Source: Rhodospirillales bacterium (GTDB lineage: Bacteria > Pseudomonadota > Alphaproteobacteria > Rhodospirillales > UBA2165). From it: a stretch of 64,000 nucleotides of DNA. Below, piece after piece: positions 17,727 through 28,258 of the stretch (positions within the stretch are counted from its first letter, which is position 1; each line of letters opens with the position of its first letter). The notes under the pieces were generated by a model, which had not been told where the DNA came from, made no database searches, and worked only from the letters and a program-made list of their open reading frames with translations. The DNA lies in contig JAYGEG010000067.1 of the NCBI GenBank assembly GCA_046582495.1, positions 13,666 through 77,665 on the forward strand, given 5' to 3'. The translations under genes and the position numbers were made by a program.

Positions 17727-19069
17727 CTGGTATTTGGACAGCGGCGCGCCCCGATGAAACACTTGGCCAGAAAGCTTATATAAATGTGCGATTGCTCGAC
17801 CCGGCGAGTGGATTGGACGTCATTTGTGATGCCGAGGGCGGCGTGCTGACGAACGGCGAGAAAATTGCCGATATTGGTCCGGACATTTTTAAAAAAGGGC
17901 CGCCAAAAGGTGCCGAAGTTATCGATTGCGGCGGCTTCTGCCTCAGCCCTGGTCTCGTCGATATACGCGTACAAGTGAGAGAACCCGGCTACGAACATAA
18001 AGGCACGATCGAAAGCGCTGGCAGGTCGGCGACCGCCGGCGGCGTTACGACAATGGTCTGCCTGCCCAACACCGACCCGATTATTTCTGATATGTCGCAA
18101 GTCGAATTTGTTGCCCGGCGCGCCCGCAAAATCGGCCTCACAAAAATTTACCCCTACGCTGCACTGACAAAAGGACTAGAAGGCAAAGAGCTGACGGAGA
18201 TTGGCATTCTCGCCGAAACCGGCGCCGTCGCCTTTACCGATGGCGACCGCGCGATTGCCAATGCTCAAGTGCTACGCCGCGCGCTCAGCTATGCCCGCAC
18301 CTACGATCTGCTCATCGTTCAACATGCAGAAGAGCCATCACTGGTTAACCGTGAAGGCATGAATTCCGGCGAAACAGCTACTCGGCTGGGTCTGCCCGGC
18401 ATTCCGCCGGAAGCTGAAATTATCATCGTTGAGCGCGATTTACGTCTGGTTGAAATGACCGGCGGCAAGCTCCACTTTGGCCACATCTCTACCGGCGAAG
18501 CCGTTGACGTTATCCGCAAAGGCAAAAAACGCGGTCTGAATATCACCTGTGATACCGCACCGCCGTATTTTGCCCTCAATGACCAATCTGTTGGCGAATA
18601 CCGGACGTTTTCCAAATTATCGCCACCGCTTAGATCAGAGAGTGACCGCCTCGCCATTGTCGAAGGCATCAAGGACGGCACGATTGATGCAATTGCCAGC
18701 GACCATACGCCGCAAGATGCTGACAGCAAGCGCCTGCCCTTCACACAAGCCGAAACCGGCGGCGTCGGTCTCGAGACCTTGCTTGCCGTAAGCCTCGATC
18801 TTTATCACAACAAAGTCATGTCGCTGCTGGAGGTCCTCGCCAAAATCACCTATATGCCGGCTGAACTTTTGAAATTGCCCGCCGGCAAGCTCACCAAAGG
18901 AGCTGCGGCAGATATTATGGTGTTCGATCCCGAGCGCGGCTGGCAGGTCAAAGATACAGATCTTGCCAGTAAAGCCAAGAACACGCCTTTCGATTTAAGG
19001 CTGGTGCAAGGCGTCGTACTCCGTACCGTCATTGACGGACGCACCGTATACCGACTGGAAGAAGACTAA
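17723..19069 (+). CDS. dihydroorotase-like protein lacking the first HxH metal motif (PyrC'/PyrX type)
   Basis: It aligns with class I DHOases ([25 protein letters not shown]...PNTDP), but HVH is replaced by RVQ. It overlaps pyrB by 4 nt. Confidence 0.85.
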   Translation: MTGIWTAARPDETLGQKAYINVRLLDPASGLDVICDAEGGVLTNGEKIADIGPDIFKKGPPKGAEVIDCGGFCLSPGLVDIRVQVREPGYEHKGTIESAGRSATAGGVTTMVCLPNTDPIISDMSQVEFVARRARKIGLTKIYPYAALTKGLEGKELTEIGILAETGAVAFTDGDRAIANAQVLRRALSYARTYDLLIVQHAEEPSLVNREGMNSGETATRLGLPGIPPEAEIIIVERDLRLVEMTGGKLHFGHISTGEAVDVIRKGKKRGLNITCDTAPPYFALNDQSVGEYRTFSKLSPPLRSESDRLAIVEGIKDGTIDAIASDHTPQDADSKRLPFTQAETGGVGLETLLAVSLDLYHNKVMSLLEVLAKITYMPAELLKLPAGKLTKGAAADIMVFDPERGWQVKDTDLASKAKNTPFDLRLVQGVVLRTVIDGRTVYRLEED

Positions 19070-19073
19070 TTCA

Positions 19074-19703
19074 ATGCCCGAAAATATGATTGAGCTCGTC
19101 TCAATGGCGCATCTTATTGTCGCGTTGTTTGCTTATTTACTGGGCTCCATTCCTTTTGGCTTGGTGCTGACGCGCCTTGCAGGTCTTGGCGATATTCGTG
19201 AAATCGGCTCCGGCAATGTCGGTGCCACTAATGTGCTGCGCACCGGCAATAAACCACTCGCTTTGCTGACATTGGTATTGGATGCCGGTAAAGGCGGAAT
19301 TGCCGCGCTCATTGCCTATCATCTCTACCCCGGCGGAGAGGAAGGGCTCGACTTTGCGATAATCGCCGGCCTGGCTGCTGTGATCGGTCACAACTTCCCT
19401 GTTTGGCTTAAATTTAAAGGCGGCAAAGGCGTTGCAACGACGCTCGGCACGTTGATAGCTGTGTATTGGCCGGTCGGGCTAGCAGCTTGTATTACCTGGG
19501 CCATTATTGCAGCAATTTTTCGTTATTCATCCCTAGCGGCATTGGTCGGACTAGCCGCCTCGCCGTTCTATGCGTGGTTTATGGGCGCAGAAAAAGTTGC
19601 CGTCCTAGCCGCACTCCTGGCAATCCTCGCCTTTATTCGCCATCACGAAAACATCAGGCGATTAATCAAAGGCGAAGAAAAAAAAATCGTCAAGAAATCT
19701 TAA
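19074..19703 (+). CDS. plsY: glycerol-3-phosphate acyltransferase PlsY
   Basis: LLGSIPFG...GSGNVGATNVLRTG...HNFPVWLKFKGGKG. The start was trimmed to the ATG at 19074, after the pyrC' stop. Confidence 0.9.
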   Translation: MPENMIELVSMAHLIVALFAYLLGSIPFGLVLTRLAGLGDIREIGSGNVGATNVLRTGNKPLALLTLVLDAGKGGIAALIAYHLYPGGEEGLDFAIIAGLAAVIGHNFPVWLKFKGGKGVATTLGTLIAVYWPVGLAACITWAIIAAIFRYSSLAALVGLAASPFYAWFMGAEKVAVLAALLAILAFIRHHENIRRLIKGEEKKIVKKS

Positions 19704-19738
19704 CGGCGTAAAGAGTTTCTCACCAGCATGACGAAATA

Positions 19739-20047
19739 TCAGTTTGAAGGTTCCACCGCTTGCTGTCTTTTGGCGAGTGCGTATTCAACACCTTTCGCTA
19801 CAAAAAAAGTCGTTATGCATGCCAAAGGTATTAATTGACGCCCCATTTCATAATAAAGTCCACTTAAGAACATGGCCGGCACCAAAGTGACCCAAAATCC
19901 AATCCAAATGCTGAAGGCAGCCCAATATTCGGAACGGATGGCCGAAATTTCTTTTTCCGGGTCTTTAAAAACAAAAATTGCCAATACGGCTAAAATAATC
20001 CCGCCCGCCGTCGGATATCTCGTATCATCCGGTATGGCACGGGGCAT
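19739..20047 (-). CDS. hypothetical small membrane protein occupying the position of the dprA 5' region
   Basis: About 3 hydrophobic helices (GIILAVLAIFVF, YWAAFSIWIGFWVTLVPAMFL, LIPLACITTFFV). The ORF extends 133 nt beyond any plus-strand ORF. The start codon is uncertain and no family was recognised. Confidence 0.4.
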   Translation of the reverse strand: MPRAIPDDTRYPTAGGIILAVLAIFVFKDPEKEISAIRSEYWAAFSIWIGFWVTLVPAMFLSGLYYEMGRQLIPLACITTFFVAKGVEYALAKRQQAVEPSN

Positions 20048-20711
20048 TGATACCGCAGCCCATGAAGGCGCGCTAACCACTGGCACCGTTGCCGTACTCG
20101 CCGGCGGCGTCGACGTCGTCTATCCAAAGGAAAACCAAGCACTCTACGAGCGCATTGCCGAGACCAATGTGGTTATCTCCGAAATGCCGGTCGGCACGGT
20201 GCCGCAAGCCCGCCATTTTCCACGTCGCAACCGTATTATTTCAGGCGCGGCGCGGGGTATTGTCGTCATCGAAGCGGCCAAGCGGTCGGGCTCTCTTATC
20301 ACCGCTCGGATGGCCCTTGAACAGAATCGCGAAGTGTTTGCGGTTCCCGGCTCTCCCCTCGACCCCCGTGCAAAGGGAACAAATGAATTAATTCGTCAAG
20401 GCGCTCATTTGGCAGATTCCGCCGAGGAAATAATTCAAATTTTAAACGGGCAATTTATGAGCTCTTTGTGTGAGCCGCAACCCTTTGTAATTAAAGAGAT
20501 AAATATACCTCAGCCCAGTTCGGTTGAAATAGATTCTGCCAGGGGCGATGTACAAAAAATATTAAATACTTCGCCGGTTAGTGTTGACGAAATCATTCGG
20601 CGATGCCACATGTCCCCTGCAGTGGTGTCTACGATCTTGTTAGAAATCAAATTAGCAGGACGATTAGAGCGACACCCTGGCAACCAGGTTTCAATTATAG
20701 GCGATCTATAA
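19872..20711 (+). CDS. dprA: DNA-processing protein DprA, N-terminally short or truncated
   Basis: Clear DprA homology runs from GYLVSSGMARGIDTAAHEGAL through FPRRNRIISG, the FAVPG motif and the C-terminal winged helix. The SAM-like N-domain is absent. The Rossmann beta1 motif (VGSR) is absent or degenerate (ISFSGSLKT). Confidence 0.7.
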   Translation: MAGTKVTQNPIQMLKAAQYSERMAEISFSGSLKTKIANTAKIIPPAVGYLVSSGMARGIDTAAHEGALTTGTVAVLAGGVDVVYPKENQALYERIAETNVVISEMPVGTVPQARHFPRRNRIISGAARGIVVIEAAKRSGSLITARMALEQNREVFAVPGSPLDPRAKGTNELIRQGAHLADSAEEIIQILNGQFMSSLCEPQPFVIKEINIPQPSSVEIDSARGDVQKILNTSPVSVDEIIRRCHMSPAVVSTILLEIKLAGRLERHPGNQVSIIGDL

Positions 20712-20719
20712 AAAATAAA

Positions 20720-23437
20720 ATGTCGAACGTCGTTATTGTCGAATCGCCCTCCAAGGCGAAAACTATTAATAAGTATTTAGGCTCGGACTATACGGTTCTG
20801 GCGAGCTACGGCCATATCCGGGATTTGCCGTCTAAAAATGGCTCAGTCAGTCCGGACGATGACTTCAAAATGATTTGGGAAATCGACAGCAAATCGCAAA
20901 AGCAGATCAAAGAAATCACCGCAGCGATGAAGGGCGCGGATCGTTTGTATCTCGCGACCGACCCGGACCGAGAAGGCGAAGCTATTTCCTGGCATGTTCA
21001 GGAAGTTTTGAACGAGAAAAATTTATTGGACGGCGTTGAAGTAAAACGTGTCGTTTTCAACGAGATTACCAAATCAGCGATTTTGGAGGCGTTCAGCCAT
21101 CCGCGTGAACTCGACAAAGAATTGGTCGATGCCTATCTTGCGCGCCGGGCTTTGGATTACCTCGTTGGCTTTACGCTATCGCCGGTGTTGTGGCGCAAAT
21201 TGCCTGGCAGCCGATCAGCCGGACGCGTGCAGTCAGTGGCGCTCCGCCTTATTTGCGAACGCGAAATCGAGATCGAAGCTTTTAATCCGGTAGAATATTG
21301 GTCGATCAAAGCTCAATTTACCAAATCCTCGGGCCAGACATTTACAGCCAATCTCACTTATTTAAATGGTGAACGGCTGGATAAGTTGGCGCTTAAAAAT
21401 GAACAAGACGCGCAAAGTGCTGTCGCCCAAATTGAAGCCCAGAATTTCAACGTCTCGAAAGTCGAGAAAAAACAATCCCGGCGCAATCCGCCGCCGCCGT
21501 TTACGACATCGACCTTGCAGCAGGAAGCCGCGCGCAAGCTTTACTTTGGTGCCCAAAAAACAATGCGCACCGCTCAGCGCCTTTATGAAGGCATAACGAT
21601 TGGTGGAGAAACTCTTGGCCTCATCACATATATGAGGACCGATGGCGTATCGATTGCTAACGAAGCAATTGCCTCAATTCGGGATCATGTTGGCAGCACT
21701 TATGGCAACAACTACGTGCCCGCAAGCCCCCGCGTCTATAAGTCCAAGGCAAAAAATGCCCAAGAAGCCCATGAGGCTATTCGCCCAACCGATATCACGC
21801 GGCTGCCCAAAGATCTCACCATACTCGATGAGGACCAACGGAAACTGTATGAGCTAATCTGGAACCGAACCGCCGCCAGCCAGATGGAATCGGCTGTATT
21901 GGATCAAGTCGCAGCAGATCTCAGACCCGCCAGCGCTGACCAAAATGACAACGCCGTTACGTTACGCGCGACGGGTTCGGTCATTGCCTTTGATGGTTTT
22001 TTACGATTGTACCAGGAAGGCAAAGACGAAAAGCGCGACGGCACTCGGGACGACCCAGACGATAAAGAGCGCATCTTGCCGCCGCTTAATGAAGGCGAAG
22101 GCCTGGACCGCAAAGAGGTTTTGCCAGAGCAGCACTTTACCCAGCCACCACCGCGTTTCTCTGAAGCCAGTTTGGTTAAAAAGCTTGAAGAGCTTGGAAT
22201 TGGCCGGCCGTCTACTTACGCGTCGATTTTGACAGTGCTCCAGGATCGCAATTATGTAAAACTTGAAAACCGCCGCTTTTTTCCGGACGACCGAGGCCGC
22301 TTGGTCACTGCGTTCCTCTCCAGCTTTTTCTCTCAGTATGTTGAATATAGCTTCACCGCCGATCTCGAAGAAAAGCTCGACAAAATTTCGGATGGCAAGT
22401 TGGCATGGAAAACTGTCCTCAAAGATTTTTGGACCCACTTCAAAACGGCTGTCGACGGCACCGCTGATCTTCGCGTCCGCGAAGTCCTCGACAATCTCAA
22501 TGAAATTTTGGGACCGCATTTTTTCCACGACACTGGTGATGGCAATCCGCGCCAATGTCCCTCCTGTGCAGATGGAGAGCTAAGCCTGAAATTAGGCCGT
22601 CACGGCGCCTTTATCGGCTGTTCCAGATATCCAGATTGCCGTCATACCCGACCGCTCACGGTTGGCAATGGCGAAAATGGCTCGGATATCACCGATAGCG
22701 GACCGAAAGAACTTGGTAAACATCCGGAACTTGGCTTCGATATTACACTTCGGCGCGGACCCTACGGCTTCTATGTTCAATTGGGCGAAGGTGAAGGCAA
22801 AAAAAAGCCGAAACGCAGTTCGCTCACCAAATCGATGGACCCAGTCGACGTCGATCTGGAAATGGCGTTAAAGCTTTTAACTTTGCCGCGCGAAGTGGGC
22901 ATCTATCCTGAAACAGGCCAGATGATTACCGCCGGTATCGGTCCGTTTGGCCCGTTCATTAAATTGGCCGGCACCTATGTATCGCTCAAAGAAGATGATG
23001 TTCTTGAAATTGGCATTAACCGGGCATGCGAGCTTCTTGCGAACGCTCCCAAAAAACCTGAACCCAGAGAAGTTGGCATCCATCCACGCACTAAAAAGCC
23101 GGTGATGATGCGCTGGGGCCGCTGGGGACCATTTGTTCAGCACGGTAAGATTAAAGCCAATATGCCGAAGGATATGAAATCCCCGAAAGGCGAGGAAGAC
23201 AATCAAGTCACGCCAAGCCTGGAAGAGGCTTTAACCTGGCTGGCAGCTAAAGGCGATAAGACAGCTGCCAAGAAAAGGGCGCCGACTAAGAAAAAGCCAG
23301 CTAAAAAGAAAGCTGCTGCGAAGAAAAAAGCCAGTGCTAAAGAGAAAACGGCGGAAGCTGAAACAGCAGCAATTGCGCCTGATGCAGAATCACCAATTGA
23401 TCCAAACACAGAAGCAGAAGTAGTTCCTGGATCGTGA
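20720..23437 (+). CDS. topA: DNA topoisomerase I
   Basis: Starts MSNVVIVESPSKAKTINKYLG (Toprim), has Zn-ribbon repeats and a Lys/Ala-rich C-terminal tail. Confidence 0.95.
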   Translation: MSNVVIVESPSKAKTINKYLGSDYTVLASYGHIRDLPSKNGSVSPDDDFKMIWEIDSKSQKQIKEITAAMKGADRLYLATDPDREGEAISWHVQEVLNEKNLLDGVEVKRVVFNEITKSAILEAFSHPRELDKELVDAYLARRALDYLVGFTLSPVLWRKLPGSRSAGRVQSVALRLICEREIEIEAFNPVEYWSIKAQFTKSSGQTFTANLTYLNGERLDKLALKNEQDAQSAVAQIEAQNFNVSKVEKKQSRRNPPPPFTTSTLQQEAARKLYFGAQKTMRTAQRLYEGITIGGETLGLITYMRTDGVSIANEAIASIRDHVGSTYGNNYVPASPRVYKSKAKNAQEAHEAIRPTDITRLPKDLTILDEDQRKLYELIWNRTAASQMESAVLDQVAADLRPASADQNDNAVTLRATGSVIAFDGFLRLYQEGKDEKRDGTRDDPDDKERILPPLNEGEGLDRKEVLPEQHFTQPPPRFSEASLVKKLEELGIGRPSTYASILTVLQDRNYVKLENRRFFPDDRGRLVTAFLSSFFSQYVEYSFTADLEEKLDKISDGKLAWKTVLKDFWTHFKTAVDGTADLRVREVLDNLNEILGPHFFHDTGDGNPRQCPSCADGELSLKLGRHGAFIGCSRYPDCRHTRPLTVGNGENGSDITDSGPKELGKHPELGFDITLRRGPYGFYVQLGEGEGKKKPKRSSLTKSMDPVDVDLEMALKLLTLPREVGIYPETGQMITAGIGPFGPFIKLAGTYVSLKEDDVLEIGINRACELLANAPKKPEPREVGIHPRTKKPVMMRWGRWGPFVQHGKIKANMPKDMKSPKGEEDNQVTPSLEEALTWLAAKGDKTAAKKRAPTKKKPAKKKAAAKKKASAKEKTAEAETAAIAPDAESPIDPNTEAEVVPGS

Positions 23438-25716
23438 CGAAATCCGGAAAAAAACCGGCACCTCCTTTCAGTAAAAATCAAATTGTCGACTTTATCGGCG
23501 GCCACCGCGAAGGTGTCGGAATCCGTAATATTATGATCGGTATCGGCACCAAAGACAGAACCGGCGTCAAGCAAGCCGTCAAAGAACTAGAGCAAGCCGG
23601 AGAGATCGAACGCACCCGCGGCAAGCAATATGTACTCGCGGGTCGTCTGCCTCGCGTCACCGTTATTGAAGTTACCGGCACCGACGAATACGGCGATGTT
23701 GTCGCAACCCCTTTGACCTGGGAGCGGGAAGATGAGCCGCCGATCATCTATATAAACCCGGACAAACGCGGCAATGCACGTCAGGCCGCACTCGGCAAAG
23801 GAGATCGCGCCTTGGCCCGGCTCACGCCAATAAACGATAGCTCTGGCACGGAAGCCTATAATGCCTCGATCATTAAACGCATTGGCTTTGCCCCCAAAAC
23901 CATATTGGGCATTTACCGCGACGGACCAGAAGGCGGTGTTCTAGAGCCAACCGACCGCAGGCACCGATTTGACTTTGTTGTGCCGCCCGGAAACGTCAAT
24001 GGCGCGAAACCTGGCGATTTGGTCGTTGCTGAAATTGAATCGGGCAGAAAACTTGGTCGCGCCTCAGCCAGTATCACGGAGGTTTTAAACATTGAGCGGC
24101 CTGATACCGCGCGCGGAGATCAGCCCTATACCAAAATTGCACTGCACGACCACGACGTCCCCTATATTTTCACCGATCTCGCTGTCGAACAGGCCGAAGC
24201 GGCCAAGGCGGCTCCGCTTTCTTATTCTGGCGGCAAACGAGACGATCTTCGCAAAATCCCACTCGTCACCATCGATGATGAAGATGCGCGGGATTTTGAC
24301 GACGCGGTCTTTGCTGAGCCCGATAGCGACACCGCAAATCCCGGCGGCTGGCATGTGATCGTCGCCATCGCTGATGTCGCCTGGTATGTCCGACCTGGCG
24401 ACGCGTTGGATAAGACCGCGTATGAACGCGGCAATTCAGTTTATTTCCCAGATCAAGTGGTGCCGATGCTGCCCGAAGCGCTCTCGAATGGTTGGTGCTC
24501 CTTGAGGCCCGACGAAGACCGGCCGTGCCTTGCCGTCCATATGTGGATGAACGCCGATGGGCACGCGCTACGCCATCAATTTGTCAGAGGCCTGATGCGC
24601 TCTCATGCAAGACTGACCTACAACAGAGTGCAAGCGGCCATGGACGGCAATGCCGATGAATTGACTGCCCCTCTCCTTGAAACTGTTATCAAGCCCCTCT
24701 ACGGCGCTTACAACGCCTTCTGCCGGGAACGTCTTGACCGTGAGCCACTGGATCTAGATCTGCCTGAGAAAAAAATCATTTTGGACGAGAACGGCAACGT
24801 TCATGAAGTGCGCTCTCGACTTCGTCTCGACAGCCACAAGTTAATCGAAGAATTTATGATCGCCGCCAATGTTGCTGCTGCGACAACCTTGGAAAAGACC
24901 AAACAGCCTTGTCTCTATCGCATTCATGATGAGCCACCGGCAAAGAACTTGGAGAATTATCGGAGTTTTCTAAACGGCGTTGGTTTCAAATTGGCGAAAG
25001 GCCAGGTTTTGATGCCGCGCCACTTCAATCAAATATTGAAAAAAGCAAAAGACGGCGATTTTTTTGACGCGATCAGCCAAATGACGTTGCGCTCTCAATC
25101 ACAAGCCACCTACACAGGTAAAAATGTTGGTCATTTTGGCCTCGCGCTCAGACGTTATTGCCATTTCACTTCTCCCATCCGGCGCTACGCTGATTTAATC
25201 GTCCACCGCGCATTGATTTCCGGATTGGGCTTGGGCGACGGCAGCTTGGGCGACAAACCGATAGATACCGAAGAAATTGGCGAGCATTTGAGTGTTACTG
25301 AACGGCGGGCTGCTATTGCCGAGCGCGACGTCGTTGATCGATTCTCGGCGGCTTATCTTGCCGGAAAAATTGGCGAAAAATTCAGCGGAAAAATAAATGG
25401 CGTAACCAATTTTGGGTTGTTTGTAACCATCGATGGGATCGCTGCGGATGGATTGGTTCCCATTCGATCACTCCCGGATGATTATTACGATTTTGATGAA
25501 AAGCGCGTGGCGCTCAAAGGAAAAAGCACCAAACTGGTGTTTCATCTCGGCATGAAAGTAGAAGTGATTATTAAGGAAGCCAATCCGGTATCGGGATCAC
25601 TGATCCTGGAAATTGCCGGCTCGAACGCAACGCACAGCCGACCTCGACATAAAAATACCAAGAAAACCGGTAAAAAATTTGGCTCTAAGCGGAATAGACG
25701 TACACGAAATAGATGA
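23434..25716 (+). CDS. rnr: ribonuclease R
   Basis: RNB domain motifs (DDEDARDFDDAV, HFGLA...YCHFTSPIRRYADL), an S1 domain and a basic tail. The GTG start overlaps the topA stop. Confidence 0.9.
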   Translation: MTKSGKKPAPPFSKNQIVDFIGGHREGVGIRNIMIGIGTKDRTGVKQAVKELEQAGEIERTRGKQYVLAGRLPRVTVIEVTGTDEYGDVVATPLTWEREDEPPIIYINPDKRGNARQAALGKGDRALARLTPINDSSGTEAYNASIIKRIGFAPKTILGIYRDGPEGGVLEPTDRRHRFDFVVPPGNVNGAKPGDLVVAEIESGRKLGRASASITEVLNIERPDTARGDQPYTKIALHDHDVPYIFTDLAVEQAEAAKAAPLSYSGGKRDDLRKIPLVTIDDEDARDFDDAVFAEPDSDTANPGGWHVIVAIADVAWYVRPGDALDKTAYERGNSVYFPDQVVPMLPEALSNGWCSLRPDEDRPCLAVHMWMNADGHALRHQFVRGLMRSHARLTYNRVQAAMDGNADELTAPLLETVIKPLYGAYNAFCRERLDREPLDLDLPEKKIILDENGNVHEVRSRLRLDSHKLIEEFMIAANVAAATTLEKTKQPCLYRIHDEPPAKNLENYRSFLNGVGFKLAKGQVLMPRHFNQILKKAKDGDFFDAISQMTLRSQSQATYTGKNVGHFGLALRRYCHFTSPIRRYADLIVHRALISGLGLGDGSLGDKPIDTEEIGEHLSVTERRAAIAERDVVDRFSAAYLAGKIGEKFSGKINGVTNFGLFVTIDGIAADGLVPIRSLPDDYYDFDEKRVALKGKSTKLVFHLGMKVEVIIKEANPVSGSLILEIAGSNATHSRPRHKNTKKTGKKFGSKRNRRTRNR

Positions 25717-25747
25717 CGGCAGCCAAAAAATCGACAACAATGCCGGT

Positions 25748-27355
25748 ATGGATACACCGGTGTTAAAATATAACAACATATCCAGCTATGCACGATCTGC
25801 CGTTTTCGCGCTACTGGCTCTTCTGGCCGGCTGTGCGACTCCGCAATCCGATATTGGCCAAAATTCTACAAGCTTTGAAAATGAGATGGCGGTCAAAACA
25901 TTTTCTTCCGGTTATCGCCAGATTTCTGAGCGCTATATCGAAAAACTTTCACCCTACGAGCTGGCCCTTGAAGGCTTAAGAGGATTGGCGACAATAGATC
26001 CGACCTTCAAAGTAGATGTCGACCGAGATGACGTCGTCATTCGTTCAGAAGTCGTCCAGTCCCATAGATACACCGCGCCGGCAAAAAACGATGTCGAGGG
26101 CTGGGCCAATTTAACTGTTCAAGTGTTGATCGATGCACAAAATGAGGCCGCCGTTTTCAAACAGGCAAAAGTTGGAAATCTATATGAAGCGGTTTTTGAC
26201 GGTTCTTTGTCGTTGCTGGATACCTTTTCCAGATACGCAAGTGTCGAGCAAGCAAAACGAAATCGCGAAAAACGGTCAGGATTTGGCGGCATTGGCATTC
26301 GTTTTAAACGCACCGATATGGGTCTTACTGTGACACAGGTTTTTCCGGAAACACCTGCCAGCAAATCGGGATTGAAGCCGGACGATATTATAACCCATGC
26401 GGATGGCCGATCTTTGGCGGGTTTGGAACGCCGTATGGCAGGCAGGTATCTACGGGGGGAAATCGGCTCGATCGTCGATGTCAAAGTAATGAGGCAAGCC
26501 ACAATCCTAAACATCTCCATCAGACGGGATCGAATTGTAGCGCCAACGGCGTCACATTCAGTTCGAAATGGCATCGTCCACGTCCGGGTAAGTGGGTTCA
26601 ATAATCGCACCACCCGACAGGTTGCCCGCAATCTCGCCCGAGGCCTCAAAGAGGCCAGGCGGCAAACCGGGCAAAAAGCGAAGGGAATAATATTCGATTT
26701 GCGTGGCAATCCGGGTGGATTGTTAAAACAAGCGGTTAACGTTTCGGATCTGTTTTTGGCCGATGGACGCATTATTTCAACACGTGGGCGCCACCCTGCC
26801 AGCGACCATGACTATGAGGCCAAGGGAGCAGATATCGCCAAAGGTCTGCCGCTCGTGGTTCTGATTAATGGGCGCTCAGCCAGCGCTTCGGAAATTGTCG
26901 CTGCAGCCTTACAGGATCATGAACGCGCCATCGTTATCGGCACCACGTCATTTGGCAAAGGCACCGTTCAAACTGTCATTCGATTACCCAATGATGCAGA
27001 AATCACTTTAACCTGGTCACGGTTTCAAGCACCGTCCGGCTATTTTCTTCATGGCCTCGGTGTTCCGCCTTCGATTTGCGCACCTCTGGACAGCAAAGTC
27101 GGCGCGAGCGATCTGATTGACAGCGCGTTGGAGAATGCCGTCCGACACAGCGAAACGCTTCAAGCCTGGCATTCTGTTTCAATCCAACAAAAGTCGGAAC
27201 GAGAGCGCCTGAAATCGATTTGCCCGTCGACCAATAAACGCAACCCGGTAGATATCAAGATCGCCGAAAAACTGCTCCAGGACGCATCACTCTATCAGCG
27301 GGTGAAGGCGTTGAGTCCATCGATCGCTTCGGCAAGTACCGGTGGCAACAAATAA
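25748..27355 (+). CDS. S41-family C-terminal processing peptidase, lipoprotein
   Basis: Lipobox LLAGC, a PDZ segment, the GNPGG motif and INGRSASASEIVA (Ser nucleophile region). Confidence 0.85.
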   Translation: MDTPVLKYNNISSYARSAVFALLALLAGCATPQSDIGQNSTSFENEMAVKTFSSGYRQISERYIEKLSPYELALEGLRGLATIDPTFKVDVDRDDVVIRSEVVQSHRYTAPAKNDVEGWANLTVQVLIDAQNEAAVFKQAKVGNLYEAVFDGSLSLLDTFSRYASVEQAKRNREKRSGFGGIGIRFKRTDMGLTVTQVFPETPASKSGLKPDDIITHADGRSLAGLERRMAGRYLRGEIGSIVDVKVMRQATILNISIRRDRIVAPTASHSVRNGIVHVRVSGFNNRTTRQVARNLARGLKEARRQTGQKAKGIIFDLRGNPGGLLKQAVNVSDLFLADGRIISTRGRHPASDHDYEAKGADIAKGLPLVVLINGRSASASEIVAAALQDHERAIVIGTTSFGKGTVQTVIRLPNDAEITLTWSRFQAPSGYFLHGLGVPPSICAPLDSKVGASDLIDSALENAVRHSETLQAWHSVSIQQKSERERLKSICPSTNKRNPVDIKIAEKLLQDASLYQRVKALSPSIASASTGGNK

Positions 27356-27461
27356 ACACTCTATTCGAGACGAATAATCGTGAGATCAATCTTGACATGG
27401 GCTCTTTGATCTCTATTGTGCGCCGCACTTCAATAATTTGAATAAAAACGGACGTTGAGAT

Positions 27462-27629
27462 ATGGCGAAGTCAGCAACAGTTTTAGTGAAACTTGTCAGC
27501 ACAGCTGATACCGGTTTTTACTATGTGACTAAAAAGAACCCGCGCAACCAAACGGAAAAAATGGAATTCCGCAAATACGATCCGGTTGTCCGCAAACATG
27601 TTCTTTTTAAAGAAGGTAAGATTAAATAA
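27462..27629 (+). CDS. rpmG: 50S ribosomal protein L33
   Basis: Hand-translated 55 aa: [55 protein letters not shown]. It falls below the ORF-track size cutoff. Confidence 0.9.
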   Translation: MAKSATVLVKLVSTADTGFYYVTKKNPRNQTEKMEFRKYDPVVRKHVLFKEGKIK

Positions 27630-27682
27630 ATCTGTCTTTTCGGGCGCACGCCTTTTAGCAAGGTTATAGGCGCAAATAAAAC

Positions 27683-27710
27683 AGGACCGCTTTTGGCGGT
27701 CCTTTGTTTT
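27683..27710. terminator. bidirectional intrinsic terminator between rpmG and divK
   Basis: AGGACCGC-ttttg-GCGGTCCT followed by TTGTTTT, with an A-rich tract on the other side (aaataaaac). Confidence 0.75.
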
Positions 27711-27742
27711 GGCTGCAATTGAGTTGATTTTAACGAAAAAGC

Positions 27743-28117
27743 TTAACCGAGAAATCCAGATACTGTTTCAAGAAAATTTGGAACGGAAATCGGCTTTGCG
27801 ATATAGCCATCACATCCACCTTCCATGATCTTTTCTTCGTCGCCTTTCATTGCAAAAGCGGTGACAGCAATGACAGGGATATCTTTCAATTCATCTTTCT
27901 CTTTGATTAGCTTTGTGATCTCCAGGCCGGAAATTTTCGGCAGTTGGATATCCATCAAAATCAAATCAGGACGATGCTTTTCGGTCAACGCAACCGCTTC
28001 ATTGCCGTCTTTGGTCTGGAGCGTGTCATACCCATGCGCCTGCAAAAGGTCATTAAACAATTTCATGTTTAATTCATTGTCTTCAACGATCAATATAGTT
28101 TTGGCCATGCCTGCCAC
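27743..28117 (-). CDS. divK: single-domain response regulator, DivK-like
   Basis: [33 protein letters not shown]...[16 protein letters not shown]...[26 protein letters not shown] is near-identical in pattern to Caulobacter DivK as I recall it. Confidence 0.8.
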   Translation of the reverse strand: MAGMAKTILIVEDNELNMKLFNDLLQAHGYDTLQTKDGNEAVALTEKHRPDLILMDIQLPKISGLEITKLIKEKDELKDIPVIAVTAFAMKGDEEKIMEGGCDGYIAKPISVPNFLETVSGFLG

Positions 28118-28258
28118 TGCTCCAAAGATGTAAAATTGTTACTAGCAACTGTACCCGATTTTTTCGGTATGAATAACATTTTGGGTCTAATTTCGTTTAT
28201 TCAAGGTATAAAGGCCTAGATTCTTTACAATTTTGCAAATTTATTCGCGGAAAAACAC

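Noticed and set aside
27731-27749. CtrA-box-like TTAAC...TTAAC near the 3' end of divK
   Set aside because: The spacing is TTAA-N9-TTAA, not the TTAA-N7-TTAA consensus. The site is also at the 3' end of the gene, not in a promoter.
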